Part shown: piece by piece, positions 60,001 through 64,000 of the stretch
Numbering within the stretch: position 1 is the stretch's first letter
Layout of the letters: the number at the start of each line of letters is the position of its first letter
From: Macrostomum lignano
Taxonomy: Eukaryota
DNA length: 64,000 bases
Direction: 5' to 3'
NCBI GenBank assembly: GCA_002269645.1
Contig: NIVC01001811.1
Coordinates: 372,001 to 436,000 of the forward strand
Made by a program: the position numbers and the translations under genes
Notes under the pieces: model-generated
Database searches by the model: none
Told to the model about the DNA's origin: nothing
What the model saw: only the letters and a program-made list of their open reading frames with translations

Positions 60001-60669
60001 GATTGAAATCTCACGGTCTGGAATTAGAATCTCATTTTCTGGGATTGGAATCTCATAGTGTGGAGTTGGAATCTCATAGTCTGGAGTTGGAATCTCATAG
60101 TCTGGAGTTGGAATCTCATAGTCTGGAGTTGGAATCTCACGGTCTGGAATTGGAATCTCATAGTCTGGAGTTGGAATCTCATGGCTTCAGATTAGAATCT
60201 CATGGTCTGGAGTTAGAATCTCATGGTCTGGGATAGGAATCTCATGGATTTGTAACCTACGAGTCACTAAATGCAATTTTTCGGGATTACTGAGAATTTA
60301 TTAAAATTCAACTAATCAGGAAACTGTTTGAATTTCTAAAAAAACTACTAAACATTTTTTTTCGCAGAAAACCCATTCACACCTGGCATAGATGTACTGG
60401 CTAGTGGCCAATGCTATGGCAATAACTCCAGTGTAAAACAGTAATGCAAAAATCAGTAAGCTGGCAAAGTGCAGTCGAGTCCCAGGAAACGATGCAGGTT
60501 GGGAATTCTCGTTTTGACTCTGAGCATCCTCAGCAATGTCGTCAGGCAAGTCCGAGCTGGATGGTAAGTTCACTGAGCCTCGGTGAGTCAAAGAACGATT
60601 GGAACCGTAACTGTTAATGCTGCCAGTTGCTACTACAACTTCGCTTGCATCGTTCGGTTTACCAGACAT
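55904..60669 (-). CDS. SLC46-family MFS transporter (PCFT/HCP1-like), 598 aa
   Basis: Exons 60669-60383, 59581-59253, 57963-57289, 57197-57114, 56690-56534 and 56168-55904 (1797 nt, in frame). Motifs [23 protein letters not shown] and [14 protein letters not shown]. The paralogue cannot be resolved by eye. Confidence 0.88.
56205..56480. repeat. 16-bp minisatellite in SLC46 intron 5 (CATGAGCTGGGAATCT)
   Basis: About 16 copies. Confidence 0.95.
56733..57109. repeat. (CAGA/CACA)n microsatellite filling SLC46 intron 4
   Basis: Read directly. Confidence 0.97.
58010..59230. repeat. ~35-bp minisatellite in SLC46 intron 2 (GCAGCGGCACCCACTGAACCTTCAGGAGGGAGGGG), with derived shorter units at one end
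   Basis: About 30 copies. Confidence 0.95.
59640..60250. repeat. 21-bp minisatellite in SLC46 intron 1 (TGGAATCTCATAGTCTGGAGT), with a 42-bp higher-order block
   Basis: About 28 copies. Confidence 0.95.
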
Positions 60670-60939
60670 TTCTTTGCCTAGGTTGTATTTCTCTAGAGGA
60701 CCCTCAGACTCGCTGGTTTCCTATTGAAGATTTCTCCGGCTGTAAAAACAGAAGTTGAAAAAAGACACTCATTTTAACCCTAAATACAGCAAATAGCGAA
60801 GTCAAATTTAGCTGACATGTCAGCTTCTATAAATACAGATTATTGATAAAGCTTATTTAGTATTTATTGAACAGCATTGATAAGTGGTAAGTGGAAAAAA
60901 GATAACAAAAAGATGATTTTATAATCAGTTTTTTTACTG

Positions 60940-61140
60940 TAGCACAACTCTAGCTAGGACCCCTGGTTTGAATCCGTGAGTGGCCAAATTCATTTGGGGC
61001 TTGTGCTGCACGAAAATTGGGTTAATAGGGAGTTGCTATGTGATGTACGCGCATGAGAGCCAGTCCCCCCTAGGCACAGAAAGTGTACGTGCCTGACGAT
61101 TAGAAAGTCAAGGGCTGCTGTGCACCTTGTGTGATCATGT
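60940..61140 (+). mobile_element. Possible degenerate tRNA-derived SINE
   Basis: Only a B-box-like GGTTTGAATCC near 60965; no clear A box. Confidence 0.3.
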
Positions 61141-61467
61141 ATGAGTGCCTGCCTATGTACAGTATTGGAGCACTTGTGTGTACTCAGAAGTCAGCAGAAG
61201 CAGAATGATGCAAGATAGCTAAGCCGATATTCTAGAATTAACTAACTAGGCCTAGTGGCTTCAGCTTTGAGTATTTTAAGAAATTTATGACTGATAAAAT
61301 ATGCATCAGAATTTTTAAAGACCCACCCCTTTATTGAATTTCTTATTTTTTATATGGAAAATACACATAATTTATATACATACACATGTACCTTAGTAAT
61401 ATGTACCCTCCATTCAAAATTTTCTAGATCTATACGTGAAGTCAATATTATATGAGTTTAGACCTTA

Positions 61468-62347
61468 TGTAGTGAGCCACTAGTTTTTGGTTAGGCGTCG
61501 CCCTTGTCAGCTGTTCCCTCGCCTTCGCCCAGGGTTGCTGTCTGCCGCTGGTCAGCTTCCCGCCCCCGTTTTGTTTGTCTGTTGTTGCTCTTGGCCTGTT
61601 CTGAGCCCTCGGTGTCTCTGCTGTGGGCTGTCTCTGTTTCGTTCCCGTCCCGTTTTCCTCTGTCATGTGAGCAAGTCACATGATGCTAAAAATCATGTTG
61701 CTCATGTTGCTAAAAATAGCAACTGAGTCACAGCCGCGTGTACTCTGGCGTCACTTGTACTCAAGTGACGTCAGTTCTAAAAATAGAACCAGTCACGAGG
61801 TCCTGCGCGCACTGAGACCCTGCCCCGAGACCTCAAGTGAAGTCAGTTCTAAAAATAGAACAAGTCACGAGGTCTTGTGCGTGGGTGTTTCCCGGCTATA
61901 AATAGGACCCCACCCCTCTCCCCCTTGTTTCCGTCAAGGAGTCTTTGCCTGAGTCTGTTGTTCCTCGAGTTCTAAGTTCTGGAGCTCCCGAGACTGAGTG
62001 TCAGCCCATCTGTGTGCGTTAAGTTCTCCTCTATTGGTCTGACTGAGACCCTATTAAAACAAACCCCAAGTCTACGAGAGGCTAACTCAGCCCTCCCTGT
62101 ACCAACCAAGCCCGGCAGGTGCTGCTGACGAGACGCCTTGTACGTTGAACTGCAAATCTGCACCCGGTGCTGAGTTCGTTGACTTCGTTATTTCGTTCCA
62201 ACGGGAAGCTCACCTCATCGAAGGCCGAGACCTGAAGGAACTGGTGGCAGCACTACCTACGCTACTAAGAGTTAAGAAGGCTCCTGAGTGAGAAGACGGA
62301 GAGCCCAAGTCACTGTGCTAGACAGCCGGAGAAGCACAGGTACAACA
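61468..62347 (+). mobile_element. 880-bp solo LTR (Gypsy-like)
   Basis: TGTAGTG...TACAACA with a 4-bp TSD CTTA on both sides, duplicated ~70-bp enhancer-like blocks, TATAAATA at 61897 and ATTAAA at 62053. Confidence 0.85.
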
Positions 62348-62359
62348 CTTAATTAACTC

Positions 62360-63712
62360 TCACTGCTTATCATAGGCATCGTTTATTTTAATTTTCGATT
62401 TTGGAGAAAAGATTTTATAATATCGGAAAACCAAACTTATCTTCAAGCGAATCAAACGAAATTTTATGAACTTATTCCTTCAGATATTGGCACCTTTCAC
62501 ACAAATTTTCAGCCAGTTTGGCCAAAATGTTGCGACGCAGTGGCCGAAGAAGTGATGAAACCCCCGCTCCAGTGCTGCGCCTGACTGAGCGCGACAGGCG
62601 AGTCGCAATTCTGGTCCAATTCCGGCTTGGCCTGTCTGCCTCCGAATGCTTGCAGACGCTTCAAAAGGCCCTTGAGAGTGAAGCCCCATCCCAGACGATG
62701 GTGTAGAAGTGGTTTGGTCGATTCCGCTCCGGCTGTCTGGAGCTGGACGATGATGAACGTGAAGGCCGTCCAAATTCGTCCATCTCGGACACGACTGTGG
62801 CCAGTGTCCGAAAGCTGCTCGATGCAGACCGCCGAGTGACGATTCGGGAAATCGAAAAACATGTCGGGATTTCGGATTCAAGCGTCATTACTATCTTGCA
62901 CGATCACCTCGGCATGAGGAAGGGGTCAGCTCGCTGGGTCCCTCATCAACTGAAGCCGGCTCAGATGCAGGCCCGCGTGGATTTTGCGAACTTCATGCTC
63001 GACAAGTTCGACGCAGGCGCCTCAAATTTGGTGGACGGCATCCTCACAGGTGATGAAACGTGGGTGTACTTTTATGATCCCGAGACAAAAGTACAGAGCA
63101 AGCAGTGGGTCGCCTTTGAGGAGGATTCGCCCTTGAAATTTCGTCGCGAGCGAAGCGTCGGCAAAGTGAGGGCTGCGGTGTTTTTCCGTCGGTGCGGAAT
63201 TCTGCCGCCCGTTCTGCTCGAGGAGGGAGCCACAGCGACTGGCAGCTGGTACTCCAGTGTCTGCCTGCCGCAGGTGCTGGAATTCCTGCGTCGAGAGCGG
63301 CCAAAGACCAGAGATCGCGGCATTTTCCTGCACCACGATCCAACGCGCCCGCTCACAGAGCCAGTGTCACGCAGCAGTTCTTGGCATCAACTGAGCTGAC
63401 TCTGCTGCCGCATCCGGCCTACTCGCCCGACCTCGACTTCTTTCTCTTTCCGAAGATCAAGAAAAATCTGAAGGGGAAGCGCTTCGACACTCGTGAGGAG
63501 CTGGAACAGGCGTTGAATGTGGAGCTGGAAGCTGTCACAAAGGCGGAATTGAGGGACTGCTTTGCGGCGTGGTTTCATCGGATGAAGAAATGCATTGATC
63601 TGGCTGGGGACTATGTTGAGAAGTGCCATTAGGTTGGGCTAAGTGTGTGTAAATTTCACGACTGTGCGATAACTATAAGTATGTTTTTCCGCGAACTTAT
63701 TAAGCAGCCTGG
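62360..63712 (+). mobile_element. Mariner element with a nonsense codon (62704), a frameshift (~63340) and a 9-bp deletion in YSPDLAPxD
   Basis: RWVPHQL, TGDETWVYFYDP, HHD, PAYSPDL-DFFLF and GDYVEK. The right TIR ends ..AAGCAGCCTGG|TA; the left TIR is not clearly recognisable. Confidence 0.9.
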
Positions 63713-64000
63713 TATGTGCAGCCTATTTAATTTTTATAGTAGCTGTACAAATTATTTTTACTAAAAATTTGTCTTACTTGACTTCAATAGTCCCAGTTGC
63801 AATTTTTGTTTTTGTTTTCTTTTTAGTTTTTTCACATTGTATTTATTCTATTTTTGTTTCCTTTTACTTTTGTGGCAGCAGGATTGCTACTAGTGAAAGC
63901 TTTTTTTCCATGTTCAAACTAGCATTAATTTTGTGAGCATTGATTGCTTTGATTCACTTCTTTCCCTATCTTTTGTAACTTTCTGCTGCGCCTATTAATG

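Noticed and set aside
60955-60980. tRNA gene suggested by a B-box-like motif
   Set aside because: No cloverleaf or A box; at most a SINE remnant.

Overview
This is animal genomic DNA, not prokaryotic: it has GT-AG introns, mariner and LTR elements, and no rRNA, tRNA genes or CRISPR arrays. The GC-rich exons and minisatellite-filled introns suggest a free-living flatworm such as Macrostomum, which is inference only. (1) 1-~13.7 kb holds the right-hand part of an endogenous Polinton/Maverick (adintovirus-like) virus. It encodes a parvovirus-type PLA2, retroviral-type integrase, adenovirus-pX-like protein, protein-primed PolB, adenain protease, a membrane protein with a PTAP motif, a coiled-coil protein, A32 packaging ATPase, core-like proteins, and major and minor capsid proteins. 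The left ~5 kb is full of frameshifts, while most morphogenesis genes are open. (2) 14.3-18.4 kb is a Mag-like Ty3/Gypsy element with 98.7% identical LTRs, a tRNA-Ser PBS, a deletion in the integrase zinc finger and no TSD. Merlin and mariner fragments follow. (3) I rebuilt four host genes by hand with in-frame splicing: ZFYVE1/DFCP1 (7 exons, 891 aa), EIF5 (4 exons, 467 aa), CEP20/FOPNL (1 exon) and an SLC46-family MFS transporter (6 exons, 598 aa). (4) Twelve of their 14 introns contain tandem arrays, mostly a different unit per intron, whereas the long intergenic stretches have almost none. One unit recurs in two genes. (5) There are three solo-LTR-like inserts with TSDs, a MULE-like foldback element, MITEs, a CORE-SINE fragment and several decayed mariners. 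All family calls come from motif recognition by eye; no database search was run.
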